A stretch of DNA of 64,000 nt, taken from NCBI GenBank assembly GCA_046563655.1, contig CM102283.1, forward strand, positions 1,178,001 through 1,242,000, read 5' to 3'. Of the stretch, positions 62,189 through 64,000 are shown piece by piece (positions within the stretch are counted from its first letter, which is position 1; every line of letters starts with the position of its first letter). The DNA is from Yuukianura sp. NJ FZ-2021 (Eukaryota). The notes beneath the pieces are model-generated. The model worked only from the letters and a program-made list of their open reading frames with translations, did no database searches and was not told the origin of the DNA. Both the position numbers and the translations under genes were made by a program.

Positions 62189-64000
62189 GTACTCAACGAT
62201 TTTTGAAAAAGAGACAATTTTTAGTAATGGTCTTGTTAAGTACCGAGGGCTTCAGAAGCTTTTGAACTTTCCAGACATACGGTTTGCTTGAAACTGTTTT
62301 GTTCAAACAGAAGTAATTCTAAACCTACTTCAGTTTGCGCTTCGTTTGCAAAAAAAAATGCAAGAGTAACTTTTGTTTGCATTTTGAAGAAGGATGTAAT
62401 TGCATTTTATGTGAAAACTTTGTATTATTGCGTCCCAAAGTCAAATGAGATGCTTTTACTTCTATCTTACTGCTGGTCTGGAAGCTCCCTAGAGAAATTC
62501 AACTAAATAAATTGGCAACTTTCGTCTGGAGAAGGACAAATGCAAAGTTCTTTTTGTGTGTGTGATTTTTCGAAAAATAAACAAACTTTATTTTTTTCAA
62601 AAACTTTTTTTTGAGGCAAATAAATTTGCTTTTAGACAGTTGAAAGATTTATCATATATTCCACACTATAGTCAAAATTGTTATAAACTTTTTAAGCTGA
62701 AGTGACAGTTTTCCAGTAACTCCAAAGTTTTTTCTAGTTCAAAACTTTTTCAAATCAAATTTTGACAGGATATCCCACTTCCAATTTTTTGATATCGTTT
62801 TGAAAAAGTGTGGTTTTGCTGAACATGGCACTTTTAGTGCATAAAGATAACCGTGCCATACTTTTCCCGCCAAACTTCAAAACTTTCAAAAAAAACTTAT
62901 CTAATAAACTTCGTTCGTAATAAAGTTACTTCGTGACAAAATAAAAAAAATCGAAAAAAGTTCTCAAAATATTAAATTAAAAAACATTTTTGGAACTAAC
63001 GAAAAGAAAAACAATTTAAAAAAAAAGTGCTACGAAAAAACTTTTCGACTTTTCAGCCTTACGATCTTTTATATGACCTTGTAAAAATAAAATTTTCAGT
63101 TTTCTTTCCCTAAAAATTGGAAAAGTTGTAAAGTCGTTTGGAAAAAGTTGTTCAAACAGAAAGCTTAAACAAAGAGAGTGTGAACCACAAATGACCAATT
63201 TGTGTTACAGTTTTGTGCTCAATAAATGTCAACATTTAGATATGATCTTGGTGCTTAGAGTTCACACATTTCCACTTTCTGCTTCATATGTCTCAACTAT
63301 TCCAAAATGAAAAAATTAGAAAAAGTGAAAAATGGGAAATAATGAAAAAATTATTAGCACTTTGTCACGTGAAACAAGGAAATGAAAAAATGATGAAAAA
63401 CTGTGTAAATAGCAGGAAATGAATTTTATTTCTTGTTGTTCCAAAAGTCTTCACTTTTTTGCCTCCCAAACTTTTTTGTGAAAGGGAAAGCAAACAACCG
63501 TTAAAAAACATTTTCACGCCGTTTCGAATTTCCTTTCATTTTGGCACCGTATAACTCTTCTGTTTTTATTTTTCTTTGTTCAGGATATGTCATTACGCCA
63601 AAAAACTTAGTCATGTATTGCAAAAAGTAATTTTCAGAGGACAATATTGTACATATTGATTAAAAAGTTGAATTCTGCATAGAACGAAATAACACGTAGG
63701 CACAAATCCGGTAATTTGAAAATCAATAGCACTTTGAGAGCGAGAATTAAAACGGGGAAGGAACTTCCTTTTGCAGCACTTTTCATTTCCACACAAAATT
63801 CTTCCCTAAGAACCAAAAGTGGAAAGCGTCATCGATTTTAAGTGATTGGCTTTGATTTTCAAAAACAGCAGCATTTCATAAACTTAATTGCATATAGTTG
63901 GATTAAAATGTGGTTATGTTAGGTAAATCACGTTAGCTGAAATCAAAGCAAAGTCAATGCTTGAACTAAATTTAGTTAAATTTAAATTATAATTAAGGGT

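Overview
AT-rich eukaryotic DNA with short GT-AG introns, probably from an arthropod. A soil hexapod such as a springtail is a guess from gene content only. In order, the window holds two CYP2-clan P450s (the second disrupted), a divergent scramblase-like gene, and KDM8/JMJD5 head-to-head with Artemis (DCLRE1C). Next come two tandem copies of a fungal-type trifunctional folate-synthesis gene FOL1 (DHNA-DHNA-HPPK-DHPS), then an array of eight CRAL-TRIO/alpha-TTP-like genes (about two damaged). These are followed by an atlastin/GBP-like probable pseudo-GTPase, Rab escort protein, a large tetraspanin exon, and a complete young Ty3/gypsy element. The strongest signal is an intron-containing, duplicated FOL1 among ordinary animal genes, suggesting horizontally acquired folate synthesis. 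Second, one FOL1 intron appears to have been created by a hAT-like MITE whose TSD and TIRs are still visible. Third, the env-less gypsy element has a small transmembrane ORF before gag and an apparently spliced proline-rich ORF after pol. All calls and exon boundaries were made by eye and no database searches were run.
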